DNA of 64,000 nt, taken from the NCBI GenBank assembly GCA_050946775.1, contig JBMNVL010000001.1, positions 3,229 to 67,228 of the forward strand, written 5' to 3'. This document shows positions 19,653 through 26,855 of the stretch, in pieces. Each line of letters begins with the position of its first letter. The stretch's first letter is position 1. The notes beneath the pieces were generated by a model. That model saw only the letters and a list, made by a program, of their open reading frames with translations. It was not told the origin of the DNA and searched no databases. The position numbers and the translations under genes are program-made. Origin of the DNA: Acutalibacteraceae bacterium. GTDB lineage: Bacteria > Bacillota > Clostridia > Oscillospirales > Acutalibacteraceae.

Positions 19653-19684
19653 AACCGCCCGGTCGGAAACCCGACCGGGCGGTT
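19653..19684. terminator. Hairpin terminator; right copy of the direct repeat flanking the AT-rich cassette
   Basis: AACCGCCCGGTCGgaaaCCCGACCGGGCGGTT followed by gttttctgttttttt. It serves the convergent DHHW gene and the cassette. Confidence 0.75.
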
Positions 19685-19697
19685 GTTTTCTGTTTTT

Positions 19698-21131
19698 TTA
19701 CGACAGCGCGACCCGTTCCACCATGTCGGCCAGACTGCCGACCGCCTGGACGTTGTTGATGATCACCGCGTCGGTGATGGCGTACTGTTTGATCAGTTTG
19801 GCGGTGCTGCCGTCAAAATGGCGGATGTCGGCCACCACCACCCGCTGGTAGTAATCCAGCATATACGGCACGAAAGCGTTGCCGTAGGATTCCTTGAAGA
19901 CCAGCAGGGAGCGGCCGTTATGGTTTTCGGTCTCGAAAACGGTCAGCGGCAAATCGCCGCCGATGTACATCCCGGCGTAGCTGTTGGACGACGAATCGAT
20001 GGCGGTGCCGGGATACCAGTTGCCGCCCGACTGATAGCTCATGGTGTAGCCGACGTGGGGATAATGGCCCACGGTATAGTCGGGATTTTTCTCCAGACAC
20101 GCCGGGTAATCGGCGTAATAATGCAGGGTGCCGATAAACCCGGTGTTGGTCACCGTGTCGTAACTGCTCAGCTCGTAGGGCGTGATCCCGTTGGCCCGGC
20201 AGTAGGCGACGCTGGCGTAATACGCGCCCAGTCCCGTCCAGTGGTGGTCGGTGCGGTAAAACATATACTCGCCCGCGTGCTGGGCCATGATCCCCATTGC
20301 GTCGGCGGTTTTCACCCGCTTGTCCATCTTTTTGTAGGTGTTGGCGATGAAAGCGGCGGTGTCCTTGCGGGGATCGGGATAGCCCTTGGGGCTTTCAAAG
20401 GCGGCGCATTTGGGAACGATCAGACTGGTGACGTTGAGCTTTTGGTATTTGGCGGCAAAGGCGTTGACCACCCCGGCGTAGTATCCGCTGCCGGAGGGAT
20501 CGGGGTCGAAATACTCCATTGCGTAATCCCCGCAGACCAGTACAGCGTTCGCGTAATAGGCGTTGAGGTTGTTGTGGTAGTGGCCGGTGTTCTGGGTTTC
20601 GGGGATCAGGGAAGCCGGCTTTTGGGCATCGTTCGAGGCCGGACCGCCGGGCGGGGTATAGCGGGCCTCGTTTTGCTTGGCGACCACCTGCGCGCCGCAG
20701 ACGGTGCATTTGCCGTTTGCGCCCACCTTGTGGCCGGTGGCCTTGACCAGCTCCTTGCCGCAGACCTGACAGGTCTGGGGCGTGGTACAGGTGGCGGCCG
20801 GGCCGGGGGTGTGCTCTTTGGGCGGGGTCAGCTCCTCGCCGCAGACGGTGCACACCTGCGCCGACGAACAGGTGGCCTCGGGTCCCGGAGTATGCCCCAG
20901 CGGCTGAGCCAGTACCTCGCCGCAAACGGCGCAGGTCTGGGGGAAGGTACAGGTGGCGTCGGCGCCGGGGGTATGCCCCAGCGGCTGAGCCAGCACCTCG
21001 CCGCAATCGACGCAGATCTGGGGTGCGGTACAGGTGGCGGCCGGGCCGGGAGTATGCTCGTGCCGGCAGCCGGCCAGCGGCAAAACGCTTATCGCCGCCG
21101 CCAGCGCGATCAAACGTATGGACCGATTCAT
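19698..21131 (-). CDS. DHHW-family lipoprotein (AlgX/AlgJ-like SGNH fold) with N-terminal tandem Cys-rich repeats
   Basis: ...FYRTDHHWTGLGAYY... motif. Lipobox LPLAGC. Four to five repeats of roughly 24 aa, HTPGPxATCxxPQxCxVCGExL. Confidence 0.75.
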   Translation of the reverse strand: MNRSIRLIALAAAISVLPLAGCRHEHTPGPAATCTAPQICVDCGEVLAQPLGHTPGADATCTFPQTCAVCGEVLAQPLGHTPGPEATCSSAQVCTVCGEELTPPKEHTPGPAATCTTPQTCQVCGKELVKATGHKVGANGKCTVCGAQVVAKQNEARYTPPGGPASNDAQKPASLIPETQNTGHYHNNLNAYYANAVLVCGDYAMEYFDPDPSGSGYYAGVVNAFAAKYQKLNVTSLIVPKCAAFESPKGYPDPRKDTAAFIANTYKKMDKRVKTADAMGIMAQHAGEYMFYRTDHHWTGLGAYYASVAYCRANGITPYELSSYDTVTNTGFIGTLHYYADYPACLEKNPDYTVGHYPHVGYTMSYQSGGNWYPGTAIDSSSNSYAGMYIGGDLPLTVFETENHNGRSLLVFKESYGNAFVPYMLDYYQRVVVADIRHFDGSTAKLIKQYAITDAVIINNVQAVGSLADMVERVALS

Positions 21132-21178
21132 AGCATCGCTCTTTTCCGAAAAAATGCGGTATTCCGCGAACGGGCTCT

Positions 21179-21207
21179 ATTGTAGGCGCTTCGCCGTGAA
21201 AAGTCAA
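21179..21207 (-). promoter_or_regulatory. Sigma-70-type promoter for the DHHW gene
   Basis: Minus strand: TTGACT-17 nt-TACAAT. Confidence 0.5.
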
Positions 21208-21513
21208 GAGGTGAAAAAACCCCTTGTCAAGCACTGCCGCGGGTGATAGAATGAGAAAAAAGGCGCTTTCGCGCCCAAACGGGGGAGACGCGTATGGCCA
21301 AAAAAGCACAGGAATCCCGCGCCGATGGAGCCCTTCGTTCAAAAGATGCGTGGGATCCGTGCCAACGCTCCGCAGAATGACCCTCCACAAGTGGGATCGG
21401 TTTATTTGACAGGCAAAGGAATACAAAGCAAGCGCTTGCGCATATGCCGCGCAAGCGCTTGCGTTTTGGTATTGAGCAAAAAGGGCGGCAAATACCCGAT
21501 CCGGCAGGGGGCG

Positions 21514-22161
21514 TTACAGCTTGGAAAAGCCGTAACTGTTGACCAGCGCGTCCAGCGGCTTTCCCGCCTTGCACATGGGGCATTCGTGCGAGTTATAGCT
21601 GGCGTAATCGGCCAGATCCTTCGGGTTGAAGGCCGATTTTACCGGGAAACCCTCGCAATCGTCGGTCGTGGCAAAGATGGCGGCCACTCCCGCGACGATT
21701 CCGCCGTAATACTGGATCGCCTCGATGGCGCCTCTGGCCGTAAAGCCGGTGGTCACCGAAGCCGCCACCACCAAAACGTGCTTGCCCTCGATCATCGGCA
21801 GGGTGTTGTCCCGGAAAATCAACTGACTGCCGGAGGTGTGTTCCGGCGTCACGATATAAATGGTCTTGTGGGCGTTCAGATTGATGAAGGACCCTTCCGT
21901 CAGCGCCTCGGCCAGACAGGTGCCGATCACCTGCGTCCCGTCCAGACAAAGGATGGTGTCGACGATGGTGTTGGCGTTATAGTAGGAAACCAGCTCTTCG
22001 GCTATGGCTTTCGCCTCGGAAAGGCGGGATTTTTGGGACGTCACGTCGATATAATAATTGATATGGCTGTGGCTGGTGGCAAAATGCCCCTTGGCGACGC
22101 GCAAAAAGAGGTTGCTGCGCTTGGTCTGGATTTTATAGGATTGAACGGAAGGCATAACCAT
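21514..22161 (-). CDS. Phosphoribosyltransferase-family protein
   Basis: 215 aa. ..KHVLVVAASVTTGFTARGAIEAI.. is a PRPP-binding-loop-like motif. A C-terminal CPMC is present. RBS AAAGGAGAATGG. Confidence 0.55.
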   Translation of the reverse strand: MVMPSVQSYKIQTKRSNLFLRVAKGHFATSHSHINYYIDVTSQKSRLSEAKAIAEELVSYYNANTIVDTILCLDGTQVIGTCLAEALTEGSFINLNAHKTIYIVTPEHTSGSQLIFRDNTLPMIEGKHVLVVAASVTTGFTARGAIEAIQYYGGIVAGVAAIFATTDDCEGFPVKSAFNPKDLADYASYNSHECPMCKAGKPLDALVNSYGFSKL

Positions 22162-22199
22162 TCTCCTTTTCCGGCAGGGCTTTTCCCTGTTTTTTCTTC

Positions 22200-22228
22200 A
22201 TTATACAGGCGATCGCCGGCAAAGTCAA
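22200..22228 (-). promoter_or_regulatory. Sigma-70-type promoter for the PRTase gene
   Basis: Minus strand: TTGACT-17 nt-TATAAT. Confidence 0.55.
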
Positions 22229-22261
22229 CACAAAACGGCGGCCAAAAGCCCAATGCCGCGC

Positions 22262-22947
22262 GGCGCAGGACGAATAGAGCTGAAAACACAAAAAGTGATA
22301 TATCTCGCTTGCGCTCGATGTGATATTTTTCGCTGGCGCGAAAAGTGATATTGCTCCCTTCGGTCGCAGTGATATTCTATTCGCCTTTTTAGCTGCGCGC
22401 AGCGCAATATCACTCGGCGCAAGCCGAATATAACGCAACGCAATATCACTCGCCGCAAGGCGAATAGAGTTGAAAAAAGCACGCTTTCGCGTGCTTTTTT
22501 CTGTGCTTACCGAACGAATATGCAAAACGGATATAATTAGTAAAAACTGTGTTTTTCGCCTGATTTCGGTTCTCTATGTAATACCCATCCTTAAACGAAT
22601 GAAACCACAAAAGTGAAATATCGAGCTTTGCTCGATGTGATATGTTTGCCTTGCGGCAAACGTGATATTTTTCGCTTGCGCGAAAAGTGATATTATATTC
22701 GTTCCTTCACTCGTCCGCAGGACGAATATCACTGCGAAGCAATATCACTCGACCGAAGGTCGAATATAACTCGTTCCGAAGGAACGAATATAGTTGAAAA
22801 AAACCTCGTCTTTCGACGAGGTTTTTTCTGTGATTATCGAACAAATATGCAAAATGGGAGAAATGGGTAAAAAAGTGTGTTTTGAACCCTGTTTCAGTTC
22901 TATGTATATTACCCAGACTTAAACGAACGAAATCACAAAACCAAACC
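22262..22947 (+). repeat. Tandemly duplicated (2 x ~330 bp plus a partial unit) array of short GC-stem hairpins flanked by GTGATAT / ATATCAC heptamers; each unit ends in an intrinsic terminator and an AT-rich tail
   Basis: Examples: gtgatatttttcgcTTGCgcgaaaagtgatat, gtgatatgtttgccTTGCggcaaacgtgatat, atatcactcgaccGAAGgtcgaatata. Unit ends are ..gaatagagttgAAAAAAGCACGCtttcGCGTGCTTTTTT and ..gaatatagttgAAAAAAACCTCGTCtttcGACGAGGTTTTTT. Confidence 0.8.
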
Positions 22948-23120
22948 AGTATCCTAAAAAGAAAGACTGCAGAAGTGTACTGGTCTTGCAAAAAGAAAAT
23001 CACCCTTCATCGAACACGAATGGTTTAGACTTGAAGAGGAACTCATTCACTAATTCTTGTACAAGCTCATTGAATATCGGCTGCATTTTTTTGGTATATG
23101 GCAGCACAAAAGGAACTGTA

Positions 23121-23387
23121 TCAATTGTCTTGGATGATTATTTTATAAACTTCACGGGCAATTCTTTCAAGGCAACCAAGATAATTACATTCTATTAATC
23201 CCTGAATATGTGGTTTAATTCCTGAAATAATTTCTTCACTGTACTCTTTAGAAAGACATGCTTCCGTTTGCACCTTCTCTACACCACCAAATGGCGTTTC
23301 ACAAACCTCTTCAGAACGAGCATAAATGTGACTAGTATCGTTAGGAGAATTGAACATGTACTTAATTATCAAAATGTTTTCCTCCAT
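23121..23387 (-). CDS. Hypothetical protein (island-borne)
   Basis: 88-aa ORF in AT-rich DNA, co-oriented with the KilA-N-like gene. May start at the internal Met (23357). Confidence 0.35.
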   Translation of the reverse strand: MEENILIIKYMFNSPNDTSHIYARSEEVCETPFGGVEKVQTEACLSKEYSEEIISGIKPHIQGLIECNYLGCLERIAREVYKIIIQDN

Positions 23388-23970
23388 CTAATAACATGAC
23401 TCTTTTAGAAATCAGCTTTATCAATTCATATCTACGCTCCGGGTATAGCCATGTAATGAAATCAATCGCAATCGGTTCGACGGCAAGGGTTCCGCCACCG
23501 GAACCCTGCTTCGATTCAATACCCCGAGCGTTTGTTTCGGTGATCCAAGCCTTCGCAGTCAAAGTGAAGGACGGCTCGTGTGTTTTCTCAATCAATGTCT
23601 TCGCCGCCTCATCGTTAAAATAATGAGGGTTATGCTCCTTTTCCCAAAGTCGCAGGAATTCCAAAGTATTCCGATCCCGCAGCCACGATTGAATCATATA
23701 TCCGGGGTTTGTTTCATTTTTGCGTTTGGCGAATTGAGTGAGCGAAACCATACGGCGCTCGTTGTTCTTTCGATATATTTGCAAATCAAACAAAAGCTTG
23801 GCGTATTCTTTATTCGTCGCTATGAGTTTTTCAATCTTTTCTTTTTCATCTTGAATCTGCAATTCTATTTCTGCTTGCGGTATTTTTATCTTTTTTAGAA
23901 CGCGACGAATGTTTTCTGAATATTCAGTCAAATACTCTTGAACAGCGTCACCGTAAAAATCAAAATCCAT
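23362..23970 (-). CDS. KilA-N-domain-like DNA-binding protein with an N-terminal coiled coil
   Basis: ..SWLRDRNTLEFLRLWEKEHNPHYF..FTLTAKAWITETNARGIESKQGSGGGTLAVEPIAIDFITWLYPE.. resembles KilA-N family proteins of phages and islands. Confidence 0.55.
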   Translation of the reverse strand: MDFDFYGDAVQEYLTEYSENIRRVLKKIKIPQAEIELQIQDEKEKIEKLIATNKEYAKLLFDLQIYRKNNERRMVSLTQFAKRKNETNPGYMIQSWLRDRNTLEFLRLWEKEHNPHYFNDEAAKTLIEKTHEPSFTLTAKAWITETNARGIESKQGSGGGTLAVEPIAIDFITWLYPERRYELIKLISKRVMLLDGGKHFDN

Positions 23971-24034
23971 ATCTACTTCCCCCTGTTATTTTAAATAATA
24001 TCACATTTTTTCAAAAAATAACAGGGGGTATTTG

Positions 24035-24325
24035 TTAACACGCCTTTTTGGATCTACGATCCTTTTCGATGCACATCTTGTAAAACATATCAAACGAAAC
24101 GATGTCAATATAGTTTTTACTGGATAACACATTATCAATATACTGCGCCGACCACCGATCTTTACCGGAAGGAGACTTAATCCCTCTGCTGAAAAGTTCA
24201 TCGGCTATTTTTCTCAAACTGCAACCGCCAAGATACATATCGTAAATCAATTTGATTGCCTTTGCCTCATCTTCTTTAATGCAAATTCTGTCACCGACAA
24301 CTTGATAACCATAAATAATTCTCAT
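24035..24325 (-). pseudogene. Fragment of a large serine recombinase (recombinase-domain segment only)
   Basis: ..GYQVVGDRICIKEDEAKAIKLIYDMYLGGCSLRKIADELFSRGIKSPSGKDRWSAQYIDNVLSSKNY.. matches the 'recombinase' domain. The N-terminal resolvase catalytic domain and the C-terminal zinc-ribbon region are absent. Confidence 0.6.
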
Positions 24326-24526
24326 CGTAAAACCATCCTTTCTATTCCACTTATTTTTATGTTTAGGTTTTGTAAAAAAGCAAACCTACAGTTTTTTAGG
24401 TTTGCAAGCGGTAAATATGTGTTTTTGAGCCTGTTTTGAGGCCAAAACGCGTCTTTTTGGTCAAAAATCGCCCGGAAAAAGCAACAAACCCACTCCATTT
24501 TATGTATGGAATGGGCTTGTCAATCA

Positions 24527-24601
24527 TGGAGGCGCCACCCAGATTTGAACTGGGGAATCAGGGTTTTGCAGACCCATGCCTTACCACTTGGCTATGGCGC
24601 C
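24527..24601 (-). tRNA. tRNA-Cys (GCA)
   Basis: Reverse complement GGCGCCATAGCCAAGTGGTAAGGCATGGGTCTGCAAAACCCTGATTCCCCAGTTCAAATCTGGGTGGCGCCTCCA. It folds as a cloverleaf with anticodon loop CTGCAAA and an encoded CCA. Confidence 0.95.
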
Positions 24602-24642
24602 ATATTGCAAAAGGCGCCAAACCCTTTGACGCCTTTTGTGTT

Positions 24643-24718
24643 TGGAGCGGCTTACGAGGCTCGAACTCGCTACCTCCACCTTGGCAAGGTGGCGCTCTAC
24701 CAGATGAGCTAAAGCCGC
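24643..24718 (-). tRNA. tRNA-Gly (GCC)
   Basis: Reverse complement GCGGCTTTAGCTCATCTGGTAGAGCGCCACCTTGCCAAGGTGGAGGTAGCGAGTTCGAGCCTCGTAAGCCGCTCCA. Anticodon loop TTGCCAA. Confidence 0.95.
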
Positions 24719-24723
24719 ATGCG

Positions 24724-24799
24724 TGGTGCCTCCGGACGGAATCGAACCATCGACACGGGGATTTTCAGTCCCCTGCTCTACCGACTGAGCTACAGAGGC
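24724..24799 (-). tRNA. tRNA-Phe (GAA)
   Basis: Reverse complement GCCTCTGTAGCTCAGTCGGTAGAGCAGGGGACTGAAAATCCCCGTGTCGATGGTTCGATTCCGTCCGGAGGCACCA. Anticodon loop CTGAAAA. Confidence 0.95.
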
Positions 24800-24897
24800 A
24801 TACGGCACCGTTTGAAAACGGTGCGTCGATTATTATAGCATCCCGGTTTTTCCTTGTCAAGACAAAATTGTGAAAACCCGGAAACTTTTTTGCGGGA

Positions 24898-25113
24898 TCA
24901 ATTTCGCCGCAGCCGTCGCTGCAGCCGGAGGATCCGCTGGCGGCGGGCTTCGGTGGCGGCGGAATCGACGGTATAGACCCCGTCGGTTTCGATCACCACG
25001 TCGCCCGGGCGGATTTGCGGCGGCAATTGTGCCAGCGGCAGATCGTGCAGCCCTTCGGCGTCGTCCTGCAGCACGGCGAAGCCCTCTTCCAGGCGATCCA
25101 CAACGTATCTCAT
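24898..25113 (-). CDS. DUF3006-family small protein
   Basis: 71 aa from the internal ATG 25113 (MRYVVDRLEEGFAVLQDD...). ATGA overlap with the upstream MBL hydrolase gene, the usual partner of DUF3006. Confidence 0.6.
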   Translation of the reverse strand: MRYVVDRLEEGFAVLQDDAEGLHDLPLAQLPPQIRPGDVVIETDGVYTVDSAATEARRQRILRLQRRLRRN

Positions 25114-26063
25114 GCGGCGGCCTTCCTTTCTTTTTGGGCTTGGACGTCGACGGTTTGCCCGTCGCTGATCATTACGATGGTGCCGCACCGATCGGTGCGC
25201 CAGACGGTGACGGCGTGCTTTTGAAGAATTTGCAGGGTTTCGGGATGGGGATGGCCGTACCGGTTATCCACGCCGCAGGACAGCACCGCGTGGGTGGGCG
25301 CCACCGCGGAAAGAAATTTTTCGGACGTGGACGAGCGGCTGCCGTGGTGGCCGGCTTTCAGAACGTCGGCCCGCAGATCGGCGCCGCTTTTGAGCAGGGC
25401 GGTTTCGGCCTTGCGCTCGGCGTCGCCCATCATCAAAAACCGGGTTTTGCCGAAGGTGATCTTGCAGACCACCGACATGTTGTTGGTGTCCTCGTATTCT
25501 CCGACCGGGCCGAGGACGTCGACGACGGCTTCTCCCAGTTCCCAGTGCTGCCCGGGTTTGGCCTCGGTCACGGGAATGTCCCGCTCTTCCAGAGCGGTGA
25601 GCAGCCGCTCGTAGGACGCGGAGGTGGGGGTGTGTTCGTCGTCCATGAAACTCATCAAAAACCGGTCGACCTCCAGTTGGGTCAACACCGTCGGCAACCC
25701 GCCGATATGGTCGGCGTCGGGATGGGTGGCCACCACCAGATCCAGCCGTTTTACCCCCTGCTTGCGCAGATAATCGACCACCGCGCCGCCGTCGTCCGGT
25801 TCGCCGCCGTCGATCAGCATCTGCTTGTCGCCGCAGCGGATCAGGGCGGCGTCGGCGTTGCCCACGTCGATGAAATGCACCTGCATCGTCCCATCGGGAA
25901 GCGGCAGGTCGGTTTTCTCAAGCCCCAGCAGCGCCTTCCAGGTGAAGGCGGGCGCCGGCGGCGAGGGCAGCAGGCTGTTGACGGAGATGGCGATCACCGC
26001 GATCAGGGCGATCACCGCCAGGGTTTTGAGTGAAGACGATCGGGACGCGGTTTTCCGGCTCAT
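25110..26063 (-). CDS. Membrane-anchored metallo-beta-lactamase-fold hydrolase (ComEC C-terminal-domain-like)
   Basis: N-terminal TM anchor. ..MQVHFIDVGNADAALI.., ..ATHPDADHIGG.., ..AGHHGS.., ..RYGHPH.. motifs. RBS AAGGAG. Confidence 0.8.
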   Translation of the reverse strand: MSRKTASRSSSLKTLAVIALIAVIAISVNSLLPSPPAPAFTWKALLGLEKTDLPLPDGTMQVHFIDVGNADAALIRCGDKQMLIDGGEPDDGGAVVDYLRKQGVKRLDLVVATHPDADHIGGLPTVLTQLEVDRFLMSFMDDEHTPTSASYERLLTALEERDIPVTEAKPGQHWELGEAVVDVLGPVGEYEDTNNMSVVCKITFGKTRFLMMGDAERKAETALLKSGADLRADVLKAGHHGSRSSTSEKFLSAVAPTHAVLSCGVDNRYGHPHPETLQILQKHAVTVWRTDRCGTIVMISDGQTVDVQAQKERKAAA

Positions 26064-26082
26064 AATACGGCTCCTTACCGAT

Positions 26083-26721
26083 TCAGAATTTGCGCTTGCT
26101 TTCCATCACCCGGCCGACGATCCGCACCTTGGCGGCGTCGTCGCCGCGAAAGCGGCGGGGCGGGTAATAGGGATTGACGCTGTGCAGCTCGATGCCGTCG
26201 GGCAGATAGCGGATCTGCTTGACGGTGCCCTCTTCGTTGTCGATCACCGCCACGGCGTAATCGCCCGAGTCCACCCGGTCCTGCCGGCGGATCAGCACCA
26301 GATCCCCTTCGTTGATCAGGGGCGTCATGCTGTCGCCCGACACGGTGAACCAGCAGTACGGCTCGTTTCCCCGCACCGAGGAAGCAGCCGCCGGCTCGTA
26401 GCCGACGATCTCCTCGAACACCGCGCCGCCGAAGCCGCCCTTGACCACCCCGAGAATGGGCAGGCGCACCGTGCCGTCGACCGCCGGGCGTACCGGCCGC
26501 ACCGTGTTGTCGCCCTGCAGCCAGCCGACGGTGACCCCGTAATGCTCGGCCAGCAGACTGAGAGTGGCGCGGCTGATGTTGGCGGTGGAGCCGCTTTCCC
26601 ACCGCATGACGGTGGTCTTGTTGACCCCCAGCACCGCCGCCACCTGCTCCAGCGTTTCGCGGCGCTCTTCCCGGCATTGGCGTAGCCGCCGCGCCGTGAT
26701 CGACAGGGCTTCCCGCTCCAT
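26083..26721 (-). CDS. Phage CI-type repressor: XRE HTH + S24 (LexA-like) autopeptidase domain
   Basis: 212 aa from ATG 26721 (RBS AAGGAGG). ..LEQVAAVLGVNKTTVMRWESG.. is the HTH. ..VSGDSMTPLINEGDLVLI...VKQI.. is the S24 Ser/Lys dyad region. Confidence 0.85.
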   Translation of the reverse strand: MEREALSITARRLRQCREERRETLEQVAAVLGVNKTTVMRWESGSTANISRATLSLLAEHYGVTVGWLQGDNTVRPVRPAVDGTVRLPILGVVKGGFGGAVFEEIVGYEPAAASSVRGNEPYCWFTVSGDSMTPLINEGDLVLIRRQDRVDSGDYAVAVIDNEEGTVKQIRYLPDGIELHSVNPYYPPRRFRGDDAAKVRIVGRVMESKRKF

Positions 26722-26745
26722 CGCATCCGCCTCCTTTTTTTCTTT

Positions 26746-26773
26746 AGTATAACACATTTTGCAACGAGGTCAA
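26746..26773 (-). promoter_or_regulatory. Promoter of the repressor gene
   Basis: Minus strand: TTGACC-16 nt-TATACT. Overlapped by a GTTGCAAAATG box (26755-26765, inverted). Confidence 0.55.
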
Positions 26774-26804
26774 GCATATTTTCAAAAAAAGTTGCAAAAT
26801 GCTA

Positions 26805-26855
26805 TTGACAAGTGGAAAAAATGGGGCTATCATAGACATAGAACATTTGTTCTAT
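26805..26855 (+). promoter_or_regulatory. Promoter of the phage head/packaging operon, with an SOS-box-like palindrome at +1
   Basis: TTGACA (26805-10)-17 nt-TATCAT (26828-33), then the perfect palindrome ATAGAACA-TT-TGTTCTAT (26838-55) containing GAAC-N4-GTTC. A GTTGCAAAATG box at 26791-26801 abuts the -35. Confidence 0.6.

Larger units (their letters stand above)
22948..24526. mobile_element. Degraded AT-rich integrative-element remnant abutting the 3' end of tRNA-Cys
   Basis: Marked drop in GC. Carries a KilA-N-like gene and a truncated serine-recombinase fragment, but no intact integrase. Confidence 0.5.

Noticed and set aside
22262-22947. Possible CRISPR array, because of many short regularly spaced repeats.
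   Set aside because: The repeated element is only a 7-mer (GTGATAT/ATATCAC) flanking self-complementary hairpins. There is no 24-48-nt constant repeat with unique spacers, no cas genes are nearby, and the two halves are mutually inverted.
22133-23003. ORFs 22133-22525(-), 22225-22482(-) and 22707-23003(-) inside the hairpin array.
   Set aside because: Their peptides are periodic translations of the repeats (..DIALRYIRLAPSDIALRAAKK..), they have no RBS, and they cross terminator hairpins.
24436-24873. 145-aa plus-strand ORF and 75-aa minus-strand ORF over the tRNA cluster.
   Set aside because: The region is fully explained by three canonical tRNA genes (Cys, Gly, Phe) on the minus strand.
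26083-26721. Calling this gene the host lexA because of the S24 domain and the adjacent GAAC-N4-GTTC site.
   Set aside because: The N-terminal DNA-binding domain is an XRE/HTH_3 type, not the LexA winged helix. The gene is divergently coupled to phage genes, so a CI-type repressor is more likely.
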